A stretch of DNA of 64,000 nucleotides from Nitrospirota bacterium. GTDB taxonomy: Bacteria > Nitrospirota > Nitrospiria > Nitrospirales > NS-4. The number at the start of each line of letters is the position of its first letter. Within the stretch, counting starts at the first letter, position 1. The notes under the pieces are model-generated. The model was given only the letters and a program-made list of their open reading frames with translations, was not told the origin of the DNA and did no database searches. The stretch is from the NCBI GenBank assembly GCA_004298335.1, contig SCTG01000015.1:6092-70091 (forward strand). The letters are read 5' to 3'. Below are positions 40,590 to 49,049 of the stretch, piece after piece. Both the position numbers and the translations under genes were made by a program.

Positions 40590-42005
40590 GATCAACTCGT
40601 CTCTCCCGGGAATGTCCTTCAGGATGTCCGGTCGCACCTGAAAGACGCCCGGCATTGCGGTGCCCATCGCGTAGGCCAGGCTCTGTTCTTCCCGCCCGAA
40701 GGCGATCCGGCCGGCTAGTTTACCCTGCGCGTCGGCGGCAATCAGCTCGATCCTGGGCGGCGCCAGGCCGTAGGATTTCAGGTCGGCCGGTTTCTCCGCC
40801 ACGATCCGTTCCGCCTGGATCCGCACCACGCGGGTGACGAACATGTTGATGCGGGCGGCGTCCGCCTGCAGCGCGGGGTCGCCGTCGACCAGCCAGCCGC
40901 CCCCCTCGCGGGTGAGGGAGAACTCCAGGCCGCCGCGCTTGACGACGAGCGTTTTGACGCGGTCGGGCTCGGCCGCGATGAGCTGCTTGTTCCGCAGGGC
41001 GAACAGCCCCTTGGCGAGGTCCTGGGCCACGGCCGGCGTAATCCTGTACAGGGGGTCATGGGGAGCGCTCTCCGCATATGCCAGCCGCTTGTCCCGCGGG
41101 TCGATGAACAGGGACAGCGTGCGGTCGGCCGCTCCTTCGCGCAGGGTGAACGTCGCCAGCGGCCGGCCCAGCCGGGCGCGCGTGGCCGCCCTGTCCGTCG
41201 GGTCGTCGAGGAAGTCCTGCGCCCTGAGGTCCTGGAGGCCGAGCAACAGGCTTTTGACTTCCGGCTGGTCCGCCGGCGTCTCGGCCGGACTCTTGATCGT
41301 CCACGTCTCCTTGTCGCCGTGGCCGTCCTTATACAGCACGACGGTCTCGCGCGCGGTCGCGACCTTCAGTCTGGTCACCTGATTCCGATCGAACTGGAAG
41401 ACCCGGCGGCGGCGGAACTCCCGGATGTTTTTCGCCAGGACGTCGCGGCCCGAGAGGGTGGTCAGGAGGACCTTGGGGGCGCCCTCGCGCAGGGCATAGA
41501 GGGTGGCGGAGAGGGGCTCTGAATCTCCGAGGCGGATCGTCCGGGCTCCCGAGGTCAGATGGAACGAGACGGTCAGGGAGGGGGCGGCCAGGCCATAGCC
41601 TTCAAGGTCCGCTCCGGATTCATCCACGACGCGGGACACCTCCGCCAGCAGCAGGGTGCGGAGGAACTCGTCCACGGCCGCGGCATCGGCCTCCATTCCA
41701 GCGGGAGGGGGCCCCGAAGACGCCCCTCCCGTGCCCACGGCGTTCGGCTTGCGGATGAGCCAGCGCCCGTCCGGCTCGCGAATGAGCTCCATCTCGCCCT
41801 GCAACGAGGTGAGCGTGAACGCCTGGATGTCCTCGTCCTTGAAGTCCAGCAGCTTCCGGGCGGCGCTTTCGGACGCAGTCCGCTTCTGCTCGGTCGGCAT
41901 CTCCACCAGCTTGAGATACAGCACCAGGCCGGCGGCGATGAGCAGGAGGGCCAGGACGCTGCGTGACATGGGGCGGGGCGCTACAACCGGCGGCGGCGGC
42001 GCCAC
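40569..42005 (-). CDS. DUF4340 domain protein
   Basis: N-terminal TM anchor, then a repetitive beta-rich region of the kind found downstream of GldG-like genes. The true start may be MSRSVLALLL (41969). Its 3' end overlaps the convergent OMF gene by 21 nt. Confidence 0.65.
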   Translation of the reverse strand: MAPPPPVVAPRPMSRSVLALLLIAAGLVLYLKLVEMPTEQKRTASESAARKLLDFKDEDIQAFTLTSLQGEMELIREPDGRWLIRKPNAVGTGGASSGPPPAGMEADAAAVDEFLRTLLLAEVSRVVDESGADLEGYGLAAPSLTVSFHLTSGARTIRLGDSEPLSATLYALREGAPKVLLTTLSGRDVLAKNIREFRRRRVFQFDRNQVTRLKVATARETVVLYKDGHGDKETWTIKSPAETPADQPEVKSLLLGLQDLRAQDFLDDPTDRAATRARLGRPLATFTLREGAADRTLSLFIDPRDKRLAYAESAPHDPLYRITPAVAQDLAKGLFALRNKQLIAAEPDRVKTLVVKRGGLEFSLTREGGGWLVDGDPALQADAARINMFVTRVVRIQAERIVAEKPADLKSYGLAPPRIELIAADAQGKLAGRIAFGREEQSLAYAMGTAMPGVFQVRPDILKDIPGRDELISGKTGR

Positions 42006-43528
42006 ACGGCAAGGCCGGCGGCCAGGAAGGAACTCGGGAGGCCCAGGACTTGGATCGCAAACAGCGCGTTGGATTGGGCCACCGTCAGCAGGAATGTGCC
42101 GGACGAGCCGTCCTTGGGCGCGATCGAGACCAGGTCCTTCTCCTCGGCAAGCCAGGCCACGACGTGCAGGATGAAATCAGCGTTGCCGGAGAAGTCCAGG
42201 TAGGTGTTGCTGGCGAAATCCGAGTCGCCGATGAACAGGACCGCCGGCGGCCTGGCGTTCTCCGCCGGATTTGTGCGGGAGACGACAAGGCCCGCCAGCG
42301 TCAGCGGCCCGGACTGGTCGCTCTTGGGGTCGAAATCGCGGGGCGGGCTCCCGTCCGTCGTCACTTCGCCGGATCGTCCCCAACTGCGGGCGCTGGATTT
42401 GGCCAGGGGGTGAAACGCCCACTCCTTGGCCTTGCTGTCGAGGAAGACGACCGGGCGGGCGTGGGGAAACATCGTGAAGACCTGCCCCAGATCCTGGGTA
42501 ATCTCGTGGGTGCCGTAGCTGTTTACCACCGGCATGGTCAGATCGCCGCCCATGATGGTCTGGGTGTCGAGGACAGTCCGGTTGTCCGCCTGCAGTCCCC
42601 AATTCGCCAGGGCGCTCTCAAGGCCGGCGCGGGACCCTGGATCCAGCAGCACGAGCAGCCGGCCGCCCTTCCTGACGTAATCGGCGAGGAGGGCCTGCTC
42701 CTCGGGAGACACCGCTTTTTGCGGCCCCCCCAGCACCAGCACGGAGGCGCTCGGAGGAATCGTCTTGGATGCGTAGAGGGAGAGGCTCCGTGTGACGTAG
42801 CCCTGCCGCTCCAGCGCCTCTTTCAGGAACGAATAGCCTCCCTTGTCAGTCTCCTCCAGCAGATGCTCCGCGTGGCCCGTCAGAAAATAGAGGGCCTTCT
42901 TGTCGTCCTTGGTCACGCGGATCAGCGCGTTCGTGAGCTCTTGCTCGGTTGCGGACGTGATCCGGGTCTCCTGTTTGCCGCTCGCCAGCACCGCCGTGTC
43001 CGGCCTGGTGATGCCGAACTGGCGCGCGACGCCGGGTTTTTTCTCCGGGTCCACGTAGTCCACCGTCAGCCTGGCGGTGCGGGCCTGGTAGTTGTCCAAC
43101 AGATCGCGATAGGCCGCGCGCGCGGGGCCCTGGTCGCCGGCGAAGACGGTCACTTTGACCTCCCGCGGCAGCTCGCGCAGCAGGCGGGCCGTCTGCGGGG
43201 CGAGGGTGAACCGTTTCGTCTCCGAGAAGTCCCAGCGCACGTTGTGGCGGGCGGCGAGGAAATTGATGATGCCGAGAATGGTCGCGAACAGCACGACCAG
43301 CAGCAGGCTGTTCAGGCCCAGCCTGGTGGAGCGGCGGGCCGAGATCTCCCTGAACATCTCATAGTGCGCGACCAGGAAGACGGTCAGGCAGACCGCCGCC
43401 AGGCCTTCCACGCCGGCGATGATCCCGGTGCGCTCGGGCGCCACCAGATAGACCACCGCGCCGGCTCCGGCCAGGACGCCGCCCAGCGTGCCCAGCAGGA
43501 AGGTCGTTCGTTCGGACATCATCGCCAT
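41981..43528 (-). CDS. GldG-like ABC-type uncharacterised transport system auxiliary protein
   Basis: Start MAMMSERTTF (43528; the ATG at 43522 forms an ATGA overlap with the permease stop). TM segments at both ends flank a large extracytoplasmic domain. The track ORF to 44314 is an out-of-frame artefact over the permease gene. Confidence 0.75.
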   Translation of the reverse strand: MAMMSERTTFLLGTLGGVLAGAGAVVYLVAPERTGIIAGVEGLAAVCLTVFLVAHYEMFREISARRSTRLGLNSLLLVVLFATILGIINFLAARHNVRWDFSETKRFTLAPQTARLLRELPREVKVTVFAGDQGPARAAYRDLLDNYQARTARLTVDYVDPEKKPGVARQFGITRPDTAVLASGKQETRITSATEQELTNALIRVTKDDKKALYFLTGHAEHLLEETDKGGYSFLKEALERQGYVTRSLSLYASKTIPPSASVLVLGGPQKAVSPEEQALLADYVRKGGRLLVLLDPGSRAGLESALANWGLQADNRTVLDTQTIMGGDLTMPVVNSYGTHEITQDLGQVFTMFPHARPVVFLDSKAKEWAFHPLAKSSARSWGRSGEVTTDGSPPRDFDPKSDQSGPLTLAGLVVSRTNPAENARPPAVLFIGDSDFASNTYLDFSGNADFILHVVAWLAEEKDLVSIAPKDGSSGTFLLTVAQSNALFAIQVLGLPSSFLAAGLAVWRRRRRL

Positions 43529-44289
43529 CGCTGGGACTCGATGACCCGGTGCGTGAGGAACAGCAGGAAGACGATGCCTGCCGTGAAGTAGACCAGGTCG
43601 CCCGTCGCCACCAGGCCCTTCACCAGGTGCTCGAAGTGCTCGAGGGGGGAGAGGTGGGACAGGACCTTGCCGAGCACCGAATCGGCGAACACCTGCCCGG
43701 CCCAGCCGAACAGCCAGAACAGGAGCAGGGCGCCGAAGCTGAGGATCACGGCGATGATCTGGTTCTCGGTCAGACTCGAAGCCAGGATGCCGGCGCTCAG
43801 GAACAGCCCGCCCATGAGGAGCACGCCGAGGTAGGCGGTCAGGAGGGGCTCCCAGCGGAACGGCGCGAAGGGGGCCAGGGCGAGCGGGCCGACCGCAGTC
43901 AGGGCCAGCATGCCGGCGAACACCATGAAAGCCGCGAGGAATTTTCCGACGACGATGTCCGTGACCGTGAGCGGCGAGGTCATGAGGAGTTCCATGGTCT
44001 TGAGCTTTTTCTCTTCGGCGAACAGGCGCATGGTCAGGATGGGGACGACCAGGAGCAGGACGACGGCCATGTTGTAGAACACCGGCCGGAAGACGAGGTC
44101 GTTCAAGTTCAGCTCGGGCAGGTTGCCCTGGCCGCGCAGCATCTGGAGGCTCCGGTTGCTGGCGGTCATGGCCGCCAGGAACGACAGCAGGCCGGTGAGC
44201 AGGAGAAAGACGGCGGCGACGACGTAGGCGATCGGCGACACGAAATACGAGCGGATCTCCTTGCGCGCGATGGCGCCGACCGGGCTCAT
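43519..44289 (-). CDS. ABC-2 type transporter permease
   Basis: 256 aa with about 6 TM segments. Begins ARKEIRSYFVSPIAYVV, typical of GldF-like ABC-2 permeases. Confidence 0.8.
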   Translation of the reverse strand: MSPVGAIARKEIRSYFVSPIAYVVAAVFLLLTGLLSFLAAMTASNRSLQMLRGQGNLPELNLNDLVFRPVFYNMAVVLLLVVPILTMRLFAEEKKLKTMELLMTSPLTVTDIVVGKFLAAFMVFAGMLALTAVGPLALAPFAPFRWEPLLTAYLGVLLMGGLFLSAGILASSLTENQIIAVILSFGALLLFWLFGWAGQVFADSVLGKVLSHLSPLEHFEHLVKGLVATGDLVYFTAGIVFLLFLTHRVIESQRWR

Positions 44290-45227
44290 GAGGGGGCCTC
44301 CATGCCTTCTTCATGCTGGGTCAGGCGGAGGAAGACGTCTTCCAGGGTCATCGTCACGAGTTTCAGTTCCAAGAGGCCCCAGTCACTCCGCACGGCGAAG
44401 CGGGCGAGATCGTCGCGGAGGTCGTGCCCCAGCTCCGCCTCGACCAGGAACGTGGCGGGCCCTTCCTGGTGGACCGACAACACGCCGGGGAGGGCCTGGA
44501 GGCGCTCCCGCGCGTCGGGCGTCGGGCGCGTGAGCGTCAGACTGACCTTCTCGGAGCGCCGCAGGCGGGCCGAGAGCTGGTCCTGGGAATCTTCCGCCAC
44601 GATCCTGCCCTCGTGGATGATGACCACGCGCTGCGCCACCGCCGTGGCTTCGGGCAGGATGTGCGTGCTCAGGATGATGGTATGCGAGCCCGCCAGCGTC
44701 TTGATCAGCTGCCGGATCTCGATGATCTGCTTCGGGTCCAGCCCGACGGTCGGCTCGTCCAGGATGAGGACCGGGGGATCGTGGATGAGGGCCTGCGCGA
44801 GGCCCACCCGCTGCTTGAAGCCGCGCGAAAGGTTGGCGATCAGCCGGCCCCGCACCTCGCCGAGCGAGAGCTTCTCCAACGCCTGGTCCAGGGCTTGCGG
44901 GAGGCGCTCGATCCCGATCCCCTTGATGCGGCCCACGAAGGTGAGGTATTCGCTGACCGTCATCTCGGTGTAGAGAGGAGGCACTTCCGGCAGGTAGCCG
45001 ATGGCGCGTTTCACCTCACGCGGCTGGTCGAAGCAGTCGTAGCCCGCCACCCGCGCGGAGCCGGACGTGGCGGGCATGGAGGCGGTGAGAATCCGCATCG
45101 TGGTGGTCTTGCCGGCGCCGTTCGGGCCGAGAAAGGCGAGGACTTCGCCCTTGTCGACGGAGAAGCTGACGTCGGCGATCGCAGTCTTCGGACCGTAGTG
45201 CTTGGTGAGGTGCTCGACCTGGATCAT
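44286..45227 (-). CDS. ABC transporter ATP-binding protein
   Basis: Walker A GPNGAGKTT, signature LSRGFKQR, Walker B LILDEPT. Confidence 0.93.
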   Translation of the reverse strand: MIQVEHLTKHYGPKTAIADVSFSVDKGEVLAFLGPNGAGKTTTMRILTASMPATSGSARVAGYDCFDQPREVKRAIGYLPEVPPLYTEMTVSEYLTFVGRIKGIGIERLPQALDQALEKLSLGEVRGRLIANLSRGFKQRVGLAQALIHDPPVLILDEPTVGLDPKQIIEIRQLIKTLAGSHTIILSTHILPEATAVAQRVVIIHEGRIVAEDSQDQLSARLRRSEKVSLTLTRPTPDARERLQALPGVLSVHQEGPATFLVEAELGHDLRDDLARFAVRSDWGLLELKLVTMTLEDVFLRLTQHEEGMEAPS

Positions 45228-45351
45228 GGATGTGATGATTTGAAGCGCGCGATTCCGTTACGCGTGCATCTTAGCCATTGCTCCGGAGGCAGTCAAGCAA
45301 GGGAGCACGGACACCCGGGAAGAGTTTTCTCGACTCCGGCGAAAAAATTTA

Positions 45352-45379
45352 TTGACAATTGAAATCGTTCCGCTATATT
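45352..45379 (+). promoter_or_regulatory. Candidate sigma70 promoter of speH-speE
   Basis: TTGACA (45352-45357), 16-nt spacer, TATATT (45374-45379). Confidence 0.45.
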
Positions 45380-45391
45380 CACACGAAACTT

Positions 45392-45422
45392 TCGGGAAAC
45401 TGAAATTTCAGAAATTTCCCGA
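45392..45422 (+). promoter_or_regulatory. Nested palindrome / leader hairpin upstream of speH
   Basis: TCGGGAAA-CTGAAA|TTTCAG-AAA-TTTCCCGA. The outer 8-bp arms and inner 6-bp arms are reverse complements. It lies between the promoter candidate and the speH start. Confidence 0.35.
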
Positions 45423-45484
45423 TTGGGGAGGTGCGATAGACAACAAATTGGCCACTCTCAATACAGCGAAAGGGGGAAAATAAA

Positions 45485-45928
45485 TTGCACGCACTAGGTC
45501 GTCACTTGGTGCTCGAGTTGAACGGGTGCAACCCCAAACTCCTGAATGATGTAAAGAGAGTGGAAGAGATCATGGTCGCCGCGGCCAAGATCGCCAAGGC
45601 CACCATCGTCGGCAGCCACTTCCACCAATTCAGTCCCTTCGGCATCAGCGGCGTCGTCGTCATCGCCGAATCCCACGTCGCCATCCATACCTGGCCCGAG
45701 CACGGCTATGCCGCGGTGGACATCTTCACCTGCGGCGAGACCCTCAGCCCCGAAGTCGCGGCCCAGTATCTCGTGGAGAAATTCCAATCCCGCCAGCCTG
45801 CGCTCATGGAACTCAAGCGCGGACTGATTCCCGACTCCAAGCCATCCAAGGTGTCCGCCAAGGTGACCAAGGTGGCGAAGGAGGTCTTTGCCTATGGCCG
45901 GCCCAAAGAACTCCAAGTGGTTTCATGA
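45485..45928 (+). CDS. speH: S-adenosylmethionine decarboxylase proenzyme (SpeH type)
   Basis: 147 aa with a TTG start. [11 protein letters not shown], self-cleavage region [15 protein letters not shown], and AVDIFTCG. Confidence 0.88.
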   Translation: MHALGRHLVLELNGCNPKLLNDVKRVEEIMVAAAKIAKATIVGSHFHQFSPFGISGVVVIAESHVAIHTWPEHGYAAVDIFTCGETLSPEVAAQYLVEKFQSRQPALMELKRGLIPDSKPSKVSAKVTKVAKEVFAYGRPKELQVVS

Positions 45929-46814
45929 GCGGCTGGGGCCGGGCGAGGAACACGTCCACGAAGTAAAGACCGTCCTCTTCTCGAAGAAGACCCCTTTCCA
46001 GCAGATCGACGTCGTCGAACTGGGCGGTTACGGCCGCTCGCTCATCCTGGACGGCAAGGTCCAGTCCACGCAGACGGACGAATTCATCTACCACGAGGTC
46101 CTCGTCCACCCGGCCATGCTGACGCACCCGGACCCGAAGCGGGTCCTGGTCGTCGGCGGGGGCGAGGGCGCGACGCTGCGCGAGGTGCTCCGGCACCGCA
46201 CGGTCGAGAGGGCGCTGATGGTGGACATCGACCGGGAGGTCGTAGAGGTCTCCCGCACGATGTTCCCGGAGTTCCATGCGGGCGCCTTCGATGATCCCCG
46301 GACCGAACTCGCCTTCGAGGACGCGCGGCGCTGGATCGAGACGCACGATGAAGTCTTCGACGTCATCATCATCGACCTGTCCGATCCGATCGAAGAGGGG
46401 CCGTGCTATCGGCTCTATACGCGGGAGTTTTACCGGCTGGTCAGCCGGCGGCTGTCCCCGATGGGCACGATCGCGCTCCAGTCGGGGACGGTGGCGCCGC
46501 ACGACCTGCTCAACTTCAGCGCGATCTACAAGACGCTCCAAACCGCCTTTCCGGTCGTGTGTCCTTATACCGCCAACGTGCCCTGTTTCGGCCTGCCCTG
46601 GGGATTCCAGGTGGCCTCGAAGCAGGTCAACCCGCGTTCCTTCTCAGCCGGCGACTACGACGGCATGATCGGCCGGCGGATCAACGGCGCGCTAAGGTAC
46701 CTTGCCGGAGAGGTCTGCGCGGCGCAGTTCGCCCTGCCCAGGCACCTCCGGGAACGCATCGAGCGCGAGACCCGCGTCATCGAGGACGACGCGCCGCTGT
46801 ATATCTATCATTGA
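45888..46814 (+). CDS. speE: Spermidine synthase
   Basis: 308 aa with WFHE..., [19 protein letters not shown] and [16 protein letters not shown] motifs. Overlaps the speH 3' end (alternative ATG at 45894). Confidence 0.92.
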   Translation: MPMAGPKNSKWFHERLGPGEEHVHEVKTVLFSKKTPFQQIDVVELGGYGRSLILDGKVQSTQTDEFIYHEVLVHPAMLTHPDPKRVLVVGGGEGATLREVLRHRTVERALMVDIDREVVEVSRTMFPEFHAGAFDDPRTELAFEDARRWIETHDEVFDVIIIDLSDPIEEGPCYRLYTREFYRLVSRRLSPMGTIALQSGTVAPHDLLNFSAIYKTLQTAFPVVCPYTANVPCFGLPWGFQVASKQVNPRSFSAGDYDGMIGRRINGALRYLAGEVCAAQFALPRHLRERIERETRVIEDDAPLYIYH

Positions 46815-46838
46815 CCCCATCCCCGTCCGTTTCGCCTC

Positions 46839-46847
46839 TGGTATAAT
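46839..46847 (+). promoter_or_regulatory. Extended -10 promoter element immediately upstream of the response regulator gene
   Basis: TGGTATAAT (46839-46847), only 8 nt before the ATG at 46856. This implies a leaderless or near-leaderless transcript. Confidence 0.45.
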
Positions 46848-46855
46848 TCTTAGGT

Positions 46856-47527
46856 ATGCGGATTCTGGTCGTCGAAGACGAGGCCAAGGTGGCCTCCTTC
46901 GTCCGGCGGGCGCTGGAGGAGGAGAGCTACGCCGTCGATGTGTGCGACGACGGCGCCAAGGGCTTGGAGCTTGCCCTGGCCGGGTGCTACGACCTGATCG
47001 TCCTGGATCTCATGCTGCCGGGAATGCCCGGCCTCGAGGTGCTCAAGGCCCTGCGCAAGGAGCAGGTGACCGCGCCCGTCCTGATTCTCACCGCGCGCTC
47101 CGAGCTCGACCAGAAGGTGAAGGGGCTGGATGCCGGCGCCGACGACTACCTGACGAAACCCTTTGCGATCGAGGAGCTGGTGGCGCGCGTGCGCGCGCTC
47201 CTGCGGCGGGGCACGGGCGAGGCCGCGGGCGTGCTGCAGGTGGGGGACCTGGCCTTGAATCCGGCCACCCGCGAGGTGACCCGGGGCGGGCAGCGGATTG
47301 AGCTGACGGCCAAGGAATACGCCCTCCTCGAATATCTGATGCGTAATGCCGGCCGCGTGCTGACGCGGCCGATGATCGCCGAGCATGTCTGGAACCAGGA
47401 CTTCGACACCTTCACCAACGTCATTGACGTGTACGTCAACTACCTGCGCAACAAGATCGACCGCGGGCAGGAGCGCAAGCTGATCCAGACGGTCCGCGGC
47501 AGCGGCTACACGCTGAAGGCCGATTAA
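46856..47527 (+). CDS. OmpR/PhoB-family response regulator
   Basis: MRILVVEDE... receiver domain with D...DLMLPG...K, and a C-terminal winged helix (ELTAKEYALLEYLM...VRGSGY). Confidence 0.93.
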   Translation: MRILVVEDEAKVASFVRRALEEESYAVDVCDDGAKGLELALAGCYDLIVLDLMLPGMPGLEVLKALRKEQVTAPVLILTARSELDQKVKGLDAGADDYLTKPFAIEELVARVRALLRRGTGEAAGVLQVGDLALNPATREVTRGGQRIELTAKEYALLEYLMRNAGRVLTRPMIAEHVWNQDFDTFTNVIDVYVNYLRNKIDRGQERKLIQTVRGSGYTLKAD

Positions 47528-48924
47528 TGCCTCTACGCCTACGCCTCACGCTCTGGTACGGGACGGCGCTGGCCCTCATTCTGGTCATCCTCGGCGGCGC
47601 GCTCTATGCCATGCTGGCGCACGGGCTCAGGGACCAGATCGATCGCTCGCTGGCGGAAACGGCCGCGGTGGCGGTGCGGGCGTTGGAGCAGCATCGCGTC
47701 GGCGCCTTCCTGCCGTTCGCCGATCTCGCCGCGGAGTTTCCGGAGCTCGCCGTCCTGGACAAGTCCTTTCAGATCTTCAGCCCGGCCGGGAAGGTGACCA
47801 TCCAGTCCCCGAACCTCGGCCGCCTGGACATCCCGCTCAGCCGCACGGCCCTGGAATCGGCACTGAACGGCCGCGCGACGTACGAGTCGGCGCGTTTTCC
47901 CGGCGGCTCGTCCTACCGCCTCCTGTCGGTCCCGATTCTGCTCGACGGCGTTCTGGCGAATATCGTCCAGGTGGGCACGTCCTTGCGTCCTGTCGAGGAG
48001 ATGCTGCAGCGCCTGTTGCTGGTCCTGCTGGTGTCGCTGCCGGTCGCGCTGGCTGTTGCGCTGGGCGGAGGATGGTTTCTGGCGGGACGCGCCTTGCGCC
48101 CGGTTGACGCCATCACCCTGGCCGCCCAGCGGCTCGCGGAGGGGGATTTGACGCAACGGCTCGCGGTTTCGCAGGCGCAGGACGAGATCGGCCGGCTGTC
48201 GGCGACTTTCAATGCCATGATCGCCCGCCTGGAAACGTCCTTCCGGCAGGTCCGCCAGTTCAGCGCCGATGCGTCCCATGAACTCCGCACCCCGCTGACC
48301 GTCATGAAGGGAGAGACCGAGCTGGCGCTGCGGCGCGCGAGGCCGGCCGAGGATTACAGGCTGGTGCTGGAGAGCAACCTGGAAGAGATCGATCGGATGG
48401 TCCGGATCGTGGATGAGCTGTTGTTCCTCTCGCGGGCCGACCTGGGCGAGGTCCGGATCGAGTCCCGGCCGGTCCGGCTCGATGCGCTGGTCGAGGACGT
48501 CCAGCGGCAGGCGGTCGTGCTGGGGCAGGAACGGGACGTCCAGGTCATGATGGGGACCATGGAGCCGGTCACCGTCCAGGGCGACGAGTTGCGTCTCCGG
48601 GAGCTCCTGCTGAACCTTGTGGACAATGCCGTGAAGTATTCGCGGCCGGGGGAAAAGGTCGAACTTGCCCTGGCGCGCGACGGCGCGACGGCCCGGCTTT
48701 CGGTCGCGGATCGGGGCATCGGCATCTCCGCCGAGGCCCAGGGCCGCATCTTCGACCGGTTCTATCGCACGGACGAGGCCCGGGCACACGCCCCAAAAGG
48801 CACGGGTCTGGGCCTGGCCATCTGCAAGTGGATCGTGGAGGCCCACCATGGCCGGATCGAGGTCCAGAGCGCGGTCGGCCAGGGGGCGAAATTCACGGTC
48901 ATCCTGCCGGTCGTGACCCCGTAG
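47527..48924 (+). CDS. Sensor histidine kinase (two TM, HAMP, HisKA, HATPase_c)
   Basis: H-box FSADASHELRTPLT, N-box LLNLVDNAVKY, and G-boxes DRGIGI / GTGLGLAI. Its start shares one base (47527) with the RR stop codon (TAATG). Confidence 0.9.
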   Translation: MPLRLRLTLWYGTALALILVILGGALYAMLAHGLRDQIDRSLAETAAVAVRALEQHRVGAFLPFADLAAEFPELAVLDKSFQIFSPAGKVTIQSPNLGRLDIPLSRTALESALNGRATYESARFPGGSSYRLLSVPILLDGVLANIVQVGTSLRPVEEMLQRLLLVLLVSLPVALAVALGGGWFLAGRALRPVDAITLAAQRLAEGDLTQRLAVSQAQDEIGRLSATFNAMIARLETSFRQVRQFSADASHELRTPLTVMKGETELALRRARPAEDYRLVLESNLEEIDRMVRIVDELLFLSRADLGEVRIESRPVRLDALVEDVQRQAVVLGQERDVQVMMGTMEPVTVQGDELRLRELLLNLVDNAVKYSRPGEKVELALARDGATARLSVADRGIGISAEAQGRIFDRFYRTDEARAHAPKGTGLGLAICKWIVEAHHGRIEVQSAVGQGAKFTVILPVVTP

Positions 48925-48948
48925 GGGCGGTTCGCGAACCGCCCCTAC
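48921..48948. repeat. Perfect 28-bp palindrome (REP-like, terminator-like) containing the kinase stop codon
   Basis: GTAGGGGCGGTTCG|CGAACCGCCCCTAC, with 14-bp arms and no spacer. The TAG at 48922-48924 is the kinase stop. A related copy lies at 59730-59752. Confidence 0.65.
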
Positions 48949-49049
48949 AATTAACGAAATCTAATTTCCCGTTAATCCCCCTTTCATCTTCGGCTGCTAT
49001 TCTCCCCGTAAAGCGAAAGCAACGAGCTTTCAACGAAGGGAGAGAAGCC

